A stretch of DNA of 63,198 nucleotides, filler included, from Bigelowiella natans CCMP2755 (lineage: Eukaryota > Protista > Cercozoa), in the NCBI GenBank assembly GCA_000320545.1. It is 8 parts of 8 records of this genome, joined end to end, with 100 filler letters (N's around TTAATTAATTAA, not from the genome) between each part and the next. Parts side by side here need not be neighbours in the genome. Positions count along the whole stretch, not along the records: positions 39,019 to 44,612 come from ADNK01002697.1; positions 44,713 to 52,863 come from ADNK01001358.1; positions 52,964 to 61,327 come from ADNK01003603.1; 5 more parts are not named here. One strand, written 5' to 3'. This document shows, one piece after another, positions 39,894 through 53,409 of the stretch. Positions within the stretch are counted from its first letter, which is position 1; each line of letters begins with the position of its first letter. The notes under the pieces are model-generated. The model saw nothing but the letters and a program-made list of their open reading frames with translations. It searched no databases and was not told where the DNA came from. The translations under genes were made by a program, and so were the position numbers.

Positions 39894-41010
39894 GAATACA
39901 TCTCATCTCAAAGTTTCGTTTTTCCCCGCCCATTGAGTGCACGTCTCCTACACTGAGGGGGAAACAAAAGGGAAAGAGCCGGATGCAGACCTCCATTGAT
40001 TTGCATTTTGAGGCAATGGCCTTGATTTCAACCAATTTCGATGGGATTTTATTGTCGCATGTCTACAAATGCAGAGGGATTTTCTTCGTTGCTTTTTTTG
40101 TCGATGCCAACCAAGGGCTAGAAGCACCCCCCATTTTGGTATAAATATTACCCAGAATATTACCAAAATAATGTTAAAATTGCAGAAGGATCGCGTTCTG
40201 CAAATCTCCACACTCTGAAATATCTAATTTAAATGCCCTGATGTTCTTGGATGTATTTTATGACCCGTGAAGCGCTGGAATCCTTTCTCGAATTTTTCGA
40301 GCGACAGTCTCGAATTCACTCTCGAATATCTCCAGAGTATCTCTACAATTTGAGATTCCTGCTACCAGGTGTTCCCTCTTCCGCTTCCTTTGCGGTCAGG
40401 GAAATTTCATCGCCTAATTGAATACTGCGACATATTTTTAAGGTCAATTTCACTTAAAATCTGATGGTTTCCGAATTTGTGAAGCCTCATTAATTCCTAA
40501 ATAAATACTAATTTGAATCGGTCTGCGAAAAAGTGGCGAATCTTGTTCAAATTTACCAAAGAAACGCCTGATTCGCGAATTCTCACAACGTCTCTCTTTC
40601 ATTTGCGCAGCCTCCTCGGCTAAATCCGAATACTTACCTAAAGGCCTTCATTTAATGCGCTCATTGGCAGAATAATGAGGGAAAAAATAAGAATCCACGG
40701 CATATCACGTTAAATTATTTTTTCGGTCTTCTGAGAATGGATGGATTGGTGATAGAGGCCGAGTGTGAAGGCAAAACCCAAAGCTTCGTGGATCGAAATC
40801 CAGCGAAGTAACTTTGTTTTACAACTCTTAAAGAGAAACCCTTGGCAATTGTTCACGGAACGATTGCACTCTACATAGAGGGTAACTGGTCATAGCAAGT
40901 CCCATAAGCTGTAGAGGAATTCGAACAATCCGCGAATGTCTATTTGTTTCCCTCCGTTTCAACAACTTACAAATTCTCCACACCGGCGCTCCCCAAACCG
41001 AATATTTGGA

Positions 41011-41676
41011 ATGAAGCGCGGGAGGCAGGAAAGTGGATCTTGGGATATTCCATCCAAACGAACCAAAAAGCGCGAATCGTTGAATTTCGGTGACGCAAAG
41101 TATGATGCAGTAGAATTTAACCCTTTCGACAGTAAGAGGAGTGTCCGACGGACATTCGAGCCACAGCGAACGAAAATCCGATCTGTGCGAAGGAAACGTG
41201 GTTTTTTACAATCTCAAGATGCCTATTCTTCGAAGAAAATTAGGAGGAATCCCACATCTGATGAGGAACCTACCTCAAGAAACGATTGTATGAACAACAA
41301 TCGAGCACTAATACCCCTAAATACTCCTGCCCTACCTCCTCACACGAGATTTGGCACATCACTTTGCTCGGGATCTATTGTGGTCCCCAGTGGACTTATT
41401 AATAAGTCCTCCTTCGAACCCTCACCTAGCCGCCAAGATGCATCGCTAGCATTTAGATTTTCACAGGATGTGCGAGAAGCGAAGGACACGTGCAGAGCTC
41501 TGGTTATTTACCAGCCTCCAGAGACGTTGTTCAAAGCTTCATCACCCCCACCCCCTCGTATATCCTTGGCTTCAGATACGAATGATGGGGCAGAAACGAA
41601 AGCCCCCAACACAATTGAGATAATGAATTTTAGCTCTCCCCGTAGTAATGGTGGAATGGAGATGGATGAGGAGTAA
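41011..41676 (+). CDS. Intronless hypothetical protein, basic NLS-like N-terminus
   Basis: Open frame 40936-41676, likely ATG 41011 (MKRGRQESGSWDIPSKRTKKR); short motif CRALVIYQPP; ends MEMDEE. Confidence 0.6.
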   Translation: MKRGRQESGSWDIPSKRTKKRESLNFGDAKYDAVEFNPFDSKRSVRRTFEPQRTKIRSVRRKRGFLQSQDAYSSKKIRRNPTSDEEPTSRNDCMNNNRALIPLNTPALPPHTRFGTSLCSGSIVVPSGLINKSSFEPSPSRQDASLAFRFSQDVREAKDTCRALVIYQPPETLFKASSPPPPRISLASDTNDGAETKAPNTIEIMNFSSPRSNGGMEMDEE

Positions 41677-42099
41677 TTCATTAGAACGAGCAACTAGAAA
41701 ACGCAATTTGCTCCGCCACCGTCAAGATTTATGCTTTATGTTACACGTGTACATATAAATATCTATTAGATATCGTACGTGCCTAGGAAAGTAATAGATA
41801 AAAATGTAGAGCGTTAGACTTCGTCTCTGCCTACTAGTCAAAATTTACTCTGTAGATAGCAGGTGTCTAAGACGTTTATTACATGAACAATGAAAAAGAA
41901 TTTATATCTCACTGGATACAGCCTTACTAGCTTATCAAACGGTGTAATGTTAAATGTGCACATTTAATGCATGCGCTGCGATACCATAGCAAGCTAGCAT
42001 AGTCATAGCGCATGCATGACCTTCAGCATCGAATCATGTCTAGCAGCCGCGTGTATCGTACGTACGTGTAGTAGACGCTTCGCATCACGGTTTAGTGCG

Positions 42100-42380
42100 G
42101 CAGCAGATCTAGCTAGCTAGAGATGTCTAGATTTCTAGATCTACTGGCTATAGCTAGATAGCTGGCTAGCTGGAGTAGATCTAGCTAGCTAGAGGTACAC
42201 AAAAGCATAAAAGCGGCGGTTACTGCTAGCTAGCCTAACTCTAGAGCTAGCTAGCTAGTAGGCTACTATTGCTAATCAATCTAACGATGTGAAGATCTTG
42301 ATGACTGCTAGACTTGTCATCACATCGAAATGATTTGTGCTAGCTAACTAGCTAGAGCGAGCGTGCTAGCGTGCTAGCGT
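42100..42380. repeat. CTAG-rich degenerate array
   Basis: AGATCTAGCTAGCTAGAG twice plus many GCTAGCTAG runs. Confidence 0.75.
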
Positions 42381-42520
42381 GAATTTCACACCATTTGCAT
42401 AATTACCGCTGGTTACGCACATGCATCTACGCACCACACATCTAGACATGATGAAGGGTGTCACAGTGCAGAGAGAGTGCGGTGCAATAAGCTTAGACAT
42501 TTAGAGACTTATGCTAGCTG

Positions 42521-42758
42521 TTAAAGGTCAGCAATCATGTGACTAGATCCACCCCCCGAAGAAGCAGCTTCTGGTGCATTATCTAAAGCTTCCCCCGCAT
42601 CATTTTCCTCCTCCTCTGTAGCTGCCCCTGACGCCTTCCTTTTCGCATCCGCGCTAGCATCATCACTATTGGCATTTTTGTAACCTCCACTACCACCACT
42701 GCCACTACTACCACTACTACTACTGATGTTAGGTATCTTACTTTTACTACTACTACTT

Positions 42759-42789
<31 letters not shown>

Positions 42790-43080
42790 CAATATTATTT
42801 AAACTACTGTTGCCCTCCTCCTCCTCTCTAGACTGAGTGTGAGTAGGGGCAGGAGGACATGGGTGCGTTGGTGGGGGGGCCTCCTCATCGTCTGCCCCGA
42901 ACCTGCCACCAGCTTTTCTCTCCCTTAAGATTCGCTTAGTCGTCGTCGCCGCTTGCAGCTTTGACCCCCCCCCCTCCTGATCTTTTCCGATGCTCAATGT
43001 GAGATAGCTACCCCAGGGAGGTTCTGTTAACGACGGAGTCTGCGGGAAGGGGGCCGAAAATCGGCTGCGTTTGGCGTGAT
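42521..43080 (-). CDS. Possible low-complexity terminal exon
   Basis: 158-aa S/G/E-rich open frame ending SSHMIADL-stop; plus-strand exon-like pieces at 43258-44391 conflict, so the model is uncertain. Confidence 0.3.
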
Positions 43081-43205
43081 CTCACTCCTTTAGTGTGCGA
43101 TGGAATAGAACAACAACAACCCACAATGATTGATTTATATTCAAAACTAAAATCATAACTTAATGTAGTTTTAACAGCTGATGAGGTGCACGCTTGCTCT
43201 CCCCT

Positions 43206-43243
<38 letters not shown>

Positions 43244-43936
43244 CCCTTTATATTTAGATCAGCTACCATGCGGGAAGAAGTGATTCGGATGAAGGTAATT
43301 CGCAGCTGCCCCTTTGAAACCACCACTGCTAGTGCTGGCGCTGCTGGTACTGCTTGTAGCTGCACTCCGGCTAAAGATGTTAAACCCGCTCCCTCCCACA
43401 GGCAGGGCGCTACTCGCGCTCCTGCCCCCCCCACCGCTCGCACCCCCAGCCCCTCCATCCAAGGAATTCTGAGGCTGCGTGCTTGTCACCCTCCCTCTTC
43501 CTCCCTTCATCAACCCGGAGGAAGAGGAGGAAGAGGAGGAGGAGGAGGAGGAGGAGGAGGGAGAGGAGGAAGAGAAGAATGGAGATATGCCTGGTAATGA
43601 TCATAAGTATATTAGTAGTAAAAGGGGAGGGGTCGGGGCATCTCGTCATCATCATAATCTATGCACTCGATATCCTTCTCTCCTCTAACCCTAACATCCC
43701 CCCCCCCCCCAACCCCCCTTCCTATACACTCAATTCCAACAGGGAACAGCAGCAATTGTTTAAAAAAAAAGGAATCTCGCTTTCTTCATCGCATCAGCAC
43801 GGCACCTTTCACGTAGATCCGTACGCGGAATAACCCATAGGCCTGACGTTGCAGGGTGGTGGGTTGTCAGTCAAAACGGGGGGGGGAAATATGGTGATGG
43901 AGCACAGCTGGAAAAAGATGCATAGAGTTATGTATA

Positions 43937-43987
<51 letters not shown>

Positions 43988-44552
43988 CATCGAAGCATGC
44001 ACACATCTTCCTCTGTGTTCTTACCAGCGGCCACACGACGATGTACACGCACGGCTTTGCCGATGGCTCTGGTAAGGTGCGTTTTTTCCTACAAGAATAG
44101 CTTCGAATTAGGACGTTGTTTCTGTTTATGATGATGATGGTGGTGGTGGTGGTGGTGGTGGTGGTGATCGTGCCGTGGAGTTTCGCGTCGCTGTGGATTT
44201 TACATGTACACGAGATGACATCTTATTATGATGCGATTGGTGTGTGATTGTGCGCGCGCGCGTGTGTGTGTGTGTGTGTGTGTGTGAATAACCAATAGTC
44301 AGTACACACTGAGCATACCTATCTTCTGTAGGCGCTGTGTTGCTTCTACTACCACTGCTGCTTTCACCAGACTGGTGGCTTTCACCAGACCCCGTCTCCT
44401 TATTCCTCTCCTCGCTGAACGTTGATGATGATAATCATGATGATGATGATAATAGTGGTGGAGTGCACAACGAAGACGATGACACGCCAATCATCAGTCA
44501 CACGCAACAAAAACACACACACACACACACACACATCACATATTTACTTTAA

Positions 44553-44601
<49 letters not shown>

Positions 44602-44612
44602 TATTAGTTGTA

Positions 44613-44712
44613 NNNNNNNNNNNNNNNNNNNNNNNNNNNNNNNNNNNNNNNNNNNNTTAATTAATTAANNNNNNNNNNNNNNNNNNNNNNNNNNNNNNNN
44701 NNNNNNNNNNNN
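44613..44712. other. Artificial contig spacer
   Basis: N44-TTAATTAATTAA-N44. Confidence 0.97.
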
Positions 44713-45229
44713 TATATATATATTGATAATGCGGCTGTATAGGTTGCATCGCTGGCTTGGTTCTTAGCGACTCCGGAATCGAGTTATATCACCGGACAAA
44801 CGATACGCATTGACGGGGGCCTTCGCCTTTAAGCGTCACTCTTTTGCTTGCGTGCACGCATTGCGTTTCTCAAATTATTCTGGACTGCAGCTAAGAAGGG
44901 GCGGGCTAGCGGGGGGGGGGGGGGGGGCATTGTTGCACATTGCCCATGTCAACATCATTATCATGAATTTAACACATTTATTTATTACTAGATAAGCATA
45001 TTCGCCGCGGGCGCATTGCTTGAATGTTATTCGTGCAATGATGCCTTGATTTTTGTAATGGGAATTGTGGGTTTCGCGCACCATGGAACCGGCATGAACA
45101 CAATCGTGCAAGTCGTCATTTTGAGCAATGTGCATGTGCTTGCTTAGATCTATATGCACATGCATATCTAGTTGCGGTGAGATGATAGACATTGCGAGAC
45201 ACACGCGTACCGTTCAATGTCCTGCTAAC

Positions 45230-46213
45230 CTTATCCTGCTGACTTGCTAGCTTGGACAAAGTGGGGACACGACTCAAACTGTCACGACCGCGCTAGCTAG
45301 CTAGCTGTGCTCAAACGCGATTTGGACCGTCGTCGGAACTATCTAGCTAGCTAGCTAGGTACACATGAGGACTGCCATCTCTGCTAGTCTGCCTTCGTTA
45401 TTCATGCAACTTTGAGAGGAGATAGAACGACATCTGAGCTAGCAAGCTATGGGAGAGGGAAGAGACCAACGGCGGAGCCTCACTAGCTAGCTAGCTCTCT
45501 CAATCTCCCATGCTAGCATGCTAGCTAGTCAGCACACCGCAGCATGGGGTACAGTTGGAAGCTCGTCTCCTCGGAATAAACCCTGCTAGCCTGGGGACAC
45601 ACGGCTAGCCCGGAGAAGCACAAAGGTGTTCCAGCTTTTTCATTTTGCAGGAGCATGCAGGTGGGTCCATCTTTTGAAGTGGTTAGAGCAGTCATGCAGC
45701 TGAACAAGTCGCCGACAGCTAGACTCGACCATCACGCCACGATGATCAAACCAAATTGCCACTAGCTGTCTGGCTGGTCAAAGAGAAGAAGCACAATTCC
45801 CGCTGCATCGCATGGCAGATTGCATCGCCGCACAAGGCCGTCAAACCTGCAACGAATCGCCAGAATGTGCATTTGGAAGCTTTTGCGCGCGACCAAGCGC
45901 GTCATGTTGTGCAATGGACATTGGCTTTGCTCGCATTTCTTTGAAATTTTTCGTACATGTCACATTTGGTCAAACGCACACTCAAAAGCATTCAAAATGT
46001 GGCAGAGAACAAACGCGCAGCGTGCATCCGCTGCACAACGGGTGTGAATTTTCACACTTTGAGGCCTTGAAAATGGACGTTTTGGTCAACATTTCGGTCA
46101 TTTTTTGAGGTTTGGCCATCGGACAAGTTCTGATGACTTTTCTTCGACCAACTGCAACTGCCTGCTGCTTCAAAGCGCGTCGCAAAGCGCTGCACTGTTC
46201 ACATCCCCGTCGT
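45230..46213. other. CTAG-array plus TpA-depleted intergenic tract
   Basis: (CTAG)n runs at 45292-45528; only one TA (GTAC, about 45954) in 45766-46213. Confidence 0.8.
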
Positions 46214-46682
46214 TACCGGGTTTGATGGACTTGTGCGGGACGACTATTCTGGCATGTGTTGGTTGAGTTTGAACTAATCATGCATCCGTATCACATGATA
46301 TTGCGCGACTCAGCTGACTTGATTTGATCGGACCATTCTAGCTAGCAATGCAGCGACGATCAGGCATGGCCAGCTAGCAAGAGCACGATCACCGTTCTTC
46401 AATCAATGACTACTTGGCAAAATGGACTATTCCATACACTTTCAATAAAGCTTATGCTATGCTGACGCTGCTGCGCCGGCTTCTTGTTGATCTTTGCCTT
46501 ACACTTTAAGGAACATGGTCTCGATGTGCCGCCTGTCAATTCCCGTTCCCCGCTTCATCTTATGCTCCGATTTTAGTTTCTGCGAAAAGATGTTAATATG
46601 AATGTGACAGTGACCTAAATCTGTCCTCTAGACCCCCCCCCTCCCCCCTTCTCACGCACCCACACTCTACATGCATACGTAC

Positions 46683-47146
46683 CTGAATGACATTCCTGAG
46701 CTCCTTCCGGTCTTCTCGATTGTATCTGTTACTGTTCTTGCGACTACGGGTCAAAGCCATTTTGGCGGCATTTAAGTCCACATCGCACTCGTACCTGCAA
46801 CGACAGCGTGCGGAAAGGAAAAATGCGAAACGAGACCACGAGATGATGGTGATCATGATCATGATGTTGTTGATGTGATGATGATGACGATGTTGTTGTT
46901 TTATTTGTTGTTGATGATGACGATGACAATGGTGATGATGATGGCGGTAGTGGTGATGCTGATGATGATTTCATCATTGGCAAATGTATCATGTTTCTTC
47001 TCTTACTCGACTTCCTCTCGCTTTTCAGGATCGATCTGAATCACGTGCACACGCGGTAAGTGAGCTCTTTGTGTGCGGAAACAGATACATACACAGGCAT
47101 GCACGTATGTTGTCCACCACTTAGACGCCACTACGCGCGCGCGGGC

Positions 47147-47216
<70 letters not shown>

Positions 47217-47515
47217 GCATATACAAACTTGGCACACAAGACCGTCAAACAGCTCCCTGCACGTGACAAACACAAAAAAATAGAAAAAGAACATCTTCGC
47301 TTGTATCCCCACTCCCTCCCAATAAAGATGCCTCGCACGATTAGGAACGCACCATGCCTATGAAATTGCTAAATCGGTAGAATTGATACGGCAGGGCGAC
47401 CGGGCAGCAAAGCCGGAAGGCTAATTTAAAATCCTATGCGACAGAATGCGTAATCAACAATTACTCAAGACACAGGATTCTCAGATGTGCGTCATTGGTA
47501 CAAATGTGAATGTAT

Positions 47516-47553
<38 letters not shown>

Positions 47554-47960
47554 CGTGTGTATGTTTTGTTTTGGTGTCGCTTACATCCGACGAATAGAGG
47601 CAGCAGCCAAGGCCGAACGTGACAAAGTGCAGCAACCTTCACAGACAGCAGGACAGTCGGAGAGGCGATTACATAAAGGGAGGGGGAATGCAAAGGGGAG
47701 ACGAGAGAAGTAAGGAGATAAAGCCCTGACGTGAAAATCAAACCTCCCATGGAAGCCGTTGCACATGAACATGCTCATGTTTGATATGCATTTCATCTAC
47801 ACTCCCCCCCCCCCCCTCTTTCCCGTCTTACCAGTACATGAGAAGAAGGAGGATCATCTCTTCAGCCTCCTCCTTCGAGCAGAAATCGTCGCTACCAGTG
47901 AAGCCTGAGAGCAGCCGCGAGGCATGATTACGACAGGCAATCACATTATTACAGCACATG

Positions 47961-48039
<79 letters not shown>

Positions 48040-48948
48040 AACACATGTATATCCCTCCCCCCCCCCCCCAACCCTCCCTCTATCGCTGAATATGAGTGAG
48101 TCTCTCCCTCTCTCTCTCTGCGTGCGCGGGCGCGCGCGCTGTGCGTGCGTGGAGAGGTGAAGGAGAAATGACCCGAATGGCGGAAAGCATCCACGGTCGA
48201 GACAAACACAAGAATGCCATATACTGTGACACACGCAATGGGAAGGGGGGGGGGGGGAGATCCACATGAAGAGATGGAAGCGAAGGAGGAAAGCAATGGC
48301 TCAAAAGAAGAAGAGAAGGCAGCACTTGCCAGCTCGCACTGAGAAATGCAAAGCGTGGCAGAAGGTGAAGAATCTTTAGGGGCAAGGGAGGATCATCGAT
48401 ATTACGGAATGCCCAGAAGACTTCGAGAGAGCTTATCACCCAAAAGTACCATCTTGTGCGACGCGCCTAAAATACCCATCGCCGTCGTCGTCATCATCAC
48501 CATCATCATCATCATCATCATCAACGCCATCATTGTTTTCTACATCTCCTCCATCCTCATCACTACTCTCGATAATCTTGGAGACTTCCTCAAGAGACGA
48601 TATCCAATCGCCACATTTTCGCCGCCATATGGTTGCGGAACACAGGGAAACAAAGGCCCCGAAACAAAAACTCGGCCCTCTCTCCCTCACCCCCTCGCTC
48701 CCCTCACATCGCCTTGCTATCCTCTCTGCTAGCGCTTCCTTGGCTACGCATCAATCACAAGAGATAACGCTTATCGTCTCACCCAATACTCCACCACAAT
48801 CTCGCCCAAACATGTCATTCCTCCGCAGTGTAGTATGCACTCGAGCTGAAGGCAAAAGTGATAATGCAAAAGTGCAGAGGATAGGGGGGGGGGGCAAAGG
48901 ATAAGGGTGATAGAACCGTAAATCAGGTAGCATCGTAAATATTAAATG

Positions 48949-49035
<87 letters not shown>

Positions 49036-49180
49036 CGCGCGAGCATTTAAGTATGCACATGCACGCCTTAACTTCCACAAGTGAAACAGACGCAAGGAGA
49101 CCACACTGCGGGTATTCTGATCCTAACGACAGTCGGGGAAGGCACACTGCACGAGGAGGGGCGGGAGAGGAAAAATAGAT

Positions 49181-49226
<46 letters not shown>

Positions 49227-49801
49227 AGGGAGAGAAGGAGAGAGGGAGAGAGAGAGAGGAAGGATGATGCTCCTGGCTTGCAATTCCAAGCGATGAGATG
49301 ACACGTAGAAATATAAAATATTCACAGAACTGCCGAAAGGAAAAGACGAGCAAGCATCATGCCGCACACGGCGCGCGCCACAACGCACTTCGCCTTTGGG
49401 TCTTTATCGAACAAAACCGTCGCTTGAAGGTACTTAAACCTGACCATAACATTCATCAGTTGTAGACGCCGAAGCGATGAGCAGGGGGGGGCGGGGGGGC
49501 AATGAGAGACGAACGAAGGGAGGAGAGAAAGCAGTAGGAAAAGGGGCACACAACAGAAGAATAGACATGTGAGAGACACTGCACTATAAGCCAGCGACGA
49601 TGCAAGATGATGGGATGACGCTTGTGCGGCGGCTGTGCTGATGAAGCGACTCCTCACCAGCAGCCCCAGAAAAATCCATTCGCCTGTATACGTTCGCAAA
49701 TGTATTTTGAAAATTATAAATGCCTCTTTGACACTAAATGATATATGACACAGCATGCCCTCCCCCCCCCCCCCACACACACACACACACACACATATAT
49801 G

Positions 49802-49856
<55 letters not shown>

Positions 49857-50208
49857 CCTGCTGCGGCATGTACAAATCATGCAGTAGCCCGATGTGCGCG
49901 CGCGCGCGCGCTGCGTGGTTTGTCTTTCTTTGTGCCGCACATGCATCCATCACCATACCAAGTTGCTCTTTATCCCGGTAATGTCCGCGTTGGGGTAGTC
50001 CTAACAATCACATCGTCGCGGCACCGATTATGCAATTTTATGTGGTCACTTCGGTCAAATTTTATTTGAGGTTCGGTGGGGGGGGGGGGGAGATGACTCC
50101 CTCCAGAGCAAGTTGTAAGGCTCTCTGAGAGGAGGGTTCTCCGCACAGATACACGGAGCAATGCTTGTGACCATTTGAATACGGAAAAGTTGGAAAATAT
50201 ATAACTTC

Positions 50209-50286
<78 letters not shown>

Positions 50287-50405
50287 ATATACATATGCAC
50301 GATATGGAGGACGTATTCCAGAATAACACAGACCTCTCTGATCTTCAACAACCGTTTCTCTAGGAGTTTAATCAACCCGGGGCTGGAAGCACACACCATG
50401 CACAC

Positions 50406-50478
<73 letters not shown>

Positions 50479-50866
50479 AGACACCGCCAACGCCGGTTAT
50501 CACATTGCAACCAAATGCGCATTTTGACACTCATGTTCAAACAGGGTCGCTTCTTGCTATTTGCGGGCTATCCTATTTTGCGCCCAAAACCGCGCGCGCG
50601 CTGTGCTTTCGTCAGCCATACTCGCCAAGCGCACCTTAGCCAGGGATTCTGGTACATCTCCGAGTGCAAAACCGCAGGGGAAAGGACTTCAGAGCGCAGA
50701 TCTGCAAGAAACGAGAGTCACAACGAACGGCGGGAGACGAAGCTCAGGACGATAGCTGCAAGCGCTCTCGACGAAACGCTCCCGGGCACATCACGTAAAA
50801 GTGTATGCTTGCGTGGAGAATACGATGCGACCGATTGGTGATGGCGATGGAGATAATTTATAAACA

Positions 50867-50907
<41 letters not shown>

Positions 50908-51615
50908 AATATTGTATGCATTCGCACATATATAAAAAGACAGAATTTGGAAGTGACCATGATATTCTAGATCTGCCAAGATCACGCTTCGGTAGTACCT
51001 AGAGAAAAGAGAATTTCGTTTTGTCACCCCCCTTCAACATACTGACAAACACACACACACACGCGCGCGCGCACAGACGTCCAATACGGCAATGGCACTC
51101 CTCACCAAAGGTGTCTATTCATAATCTCCTTCTTCGATCTTCGCCGCCTGTGCACAGGAGCCTGATAGAATACGGCAAAGGAGAGGCGGCGCAAGATTTC
51201 AAACAAGGCTCGAGCAGTCCGTGCAGCAAAGAACGGGGTTGGCGACCTAGATGACAACAACGCTCGCAGCAGCAGCAGTAGCCATAGTGTGCAGGGTAAC
51301 GGTGCGAAGAATGACGAAACACCGAAACAAGTAGAAACTCTTCATTTTTGGCAGATTAGGTCCTGACTGACCACAACGCTCTCTTTTGAAAAATCGTTCC
51401 TAGCCAGATCTTCTTTATTCGAGGCAGCCTCCTTTTCCCCCTTCCGTTTCCGATTGCAGCTTTCCTCCCGCTTGTCATCATCGAAGTCAATGCTCTCTTC
51501 TTTCGTCTGTGCAGGATGTTTCAAGCTTCCCTTCTTCCCATCTGTTTCTTTGACAGGGGGCCTCTGGGAGAGAAATGAGAGGGGGGGGTTAGAGGCCGAT
51601 GAAGCACACACACAA

Positions 51616-51653
<38 letters not shown>

Positions 51654-52862
51654 GGACGCACGTACACGGGATTAAATGCATCATAAAATCGGGAGGCAAA
51701 TCCCTTTCACATCCGTTAGAGTAATTAGACAATGGCAGATGACTATTATTTCACCTTCTGCCGAGTTGCGAGTCTAACAATGATGAAATATGTTTCAGAT
51801 TCGGAAATTAACTTGGGAGCGGTTGGCTTTTTCTCCCCCCCCCCCCAGGCAACCGACGTTGAAAGCGGGCTGCAGAGTGCCTCCTGCCTTTTAGTAGGTT
51901 CTTATCTCAGTGGACACGTCAAGTTCTCCTTCAAGTGTAGCCTTCCCGCAGGTAGATGTTGGCCTCGGGCGGTAGAGGTAAAAGGTGGAAAGGAGTTTTT
52001 TTAAAAACATAGTTTTCCATCTGAGAAAGTGAGTGTGTGTGTGTATGTGTGTGCGTGCTTGTGAGTGTGTACACTATTCGCCGATAATATCTCGTCATTG
52101 TGTGAATCACCCCCCTCTCATGCCCCCCCCCCTCCCCCTTCCCTCTCCCTTCCAGACCCCCATCCATCATCACCTTTCTGTAAAACCCTGTTCGTATTTG
52201 CCCTGATAGATTCTGAGGTTGGGGCAATAGCAACCTCGATTTAGAAACCTCAGCAGCGCACAGAACATACGGCGACCAAAGAGAAGCGACTCTCCTCTCC
52301 CTCCTCCCCCCTCTAAAAAAAGTGCCCGTTTGTGTACCGAATTTGCACGCTCCCCTTGCCCTCTTCGCGACGTTCTGCAAATCCATCAGCTCCCCAAACC
52401 CAAGCGACCGTTTCCGCATCTTCTCGCGCTCGTCCACAATCACGTAGATCTCCATTGAAAATCTGAGCAGCACGCAGTGTCAACGAGAGCGAGACATGAG
52501 ACACAACAACGCGACCGGGGGGGGGGGGGGGGGGGCACACGGGCAGAAGGACGATGCTTGGATGCAGGCTTGCGTGTCGCAAAATATCAAAATTGGGGAG
52601 CCAAATGAAGAAGACGAAATCAATTGATCGATGGAAATCGATAGAAAGAGAGGAGAAGGGAGAGGGCGGGGGGGGGGACTATCTATAAGGGCGCAGGGGC
52701 GACGATATGCGAGCACGAGTTTACTTCCGCAGGTACTGCGACCGAAGATTCTTGTCCGGATCTAGATGGTGCAACCTTAGCAGCGTGATGGAATCGCCCA
52801 TACACCGGTACTCCTCGAAAGCAGCAGCAAAGAACTCTGCATCGAATTGATCTGGAATCTGC
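46683..52862 (-). CDS. Large hypothetical multi-exon protein, partial
   Basis: Many minus-strand exon-like segments: IPDQFDAEFFAAAFEEYRCMGDSITLLRLHHLDPDKNLRSQYLR, LLRFSMEIYVIVDEREKMRKR, PGLIKLLEKRLLKIRE, FKYLQATVLFDKDPKAKCVVARAVCGMMLARL, YECDVDLNAAKMALTRSRKN. No family recognised. Confidence 0.5.
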
Positions 52863-52863
52863 A

Positions 52864-52963
52864 NNNNNNNNNNNNNNNNNNNNNNNNNNNNNNNNNNNNN
52901 NNNNNNNTTAATTAATTAANNNNNNNNNNNNNNNNNNNNNNNNNNNNNNNNNNNNNNNNNNNN
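52864..52963. other. Artificial contig spacer
   Basis: N44-TTAATTAATTAA-N44; followed by about 250 nt of homopolymer-rich low-quality sequence. Confidence 0.97.
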
Positions 52964-53409
52964 CCCCCCCCCCCCTTTTTTTTCCCCCCCTTTCTTTTTT
53001 TTTTTTTTTTTTTTTCCCCTTCAAACCTTTTTTTTTTTTTCCTTTACGCCCCCCCCCCCCAGGGGGGGGTTGTTCCGCCTGTAAAAGGGGGGTTCGGGGA
53101 AAAAAAAGGCCGGAAAATTATTTAAAAATCCCCCCCCGGGGGGGTTTTTGGGGTTGGCCCCCCCCCCCCCCCCCCCCCCCCCACCCCTCTTAATTTTTTT
53201 TTCAAAATTGATTAATTACCAGAAATTAGTACATTAGTAAGGATGCAGGCGTGCCCTTTTCTGTTTTTTGGTCGTGCGAGCGCGCGCGCGCGTGTGTGTG
53301 TGTATGAGAGTATTTTCTCCAAGGGCGGCTGTCTTTTGTGCGCCCTTGTGGCGTCTCCTCGTCTTGACGATCGGACGTTTGCTGCTTGCGTTGTGGTGCC
53401 GTGGCGAGC

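Noticed and set aside
43685-43694. CTAACCCTAA telomere-like word
   Set aside because: Under two units and internal; chance.
52964-53215. Homopolymer-block sequence with C/G and A/T runs
   Set aside because: Looks like a low-quality read end beside a gap.
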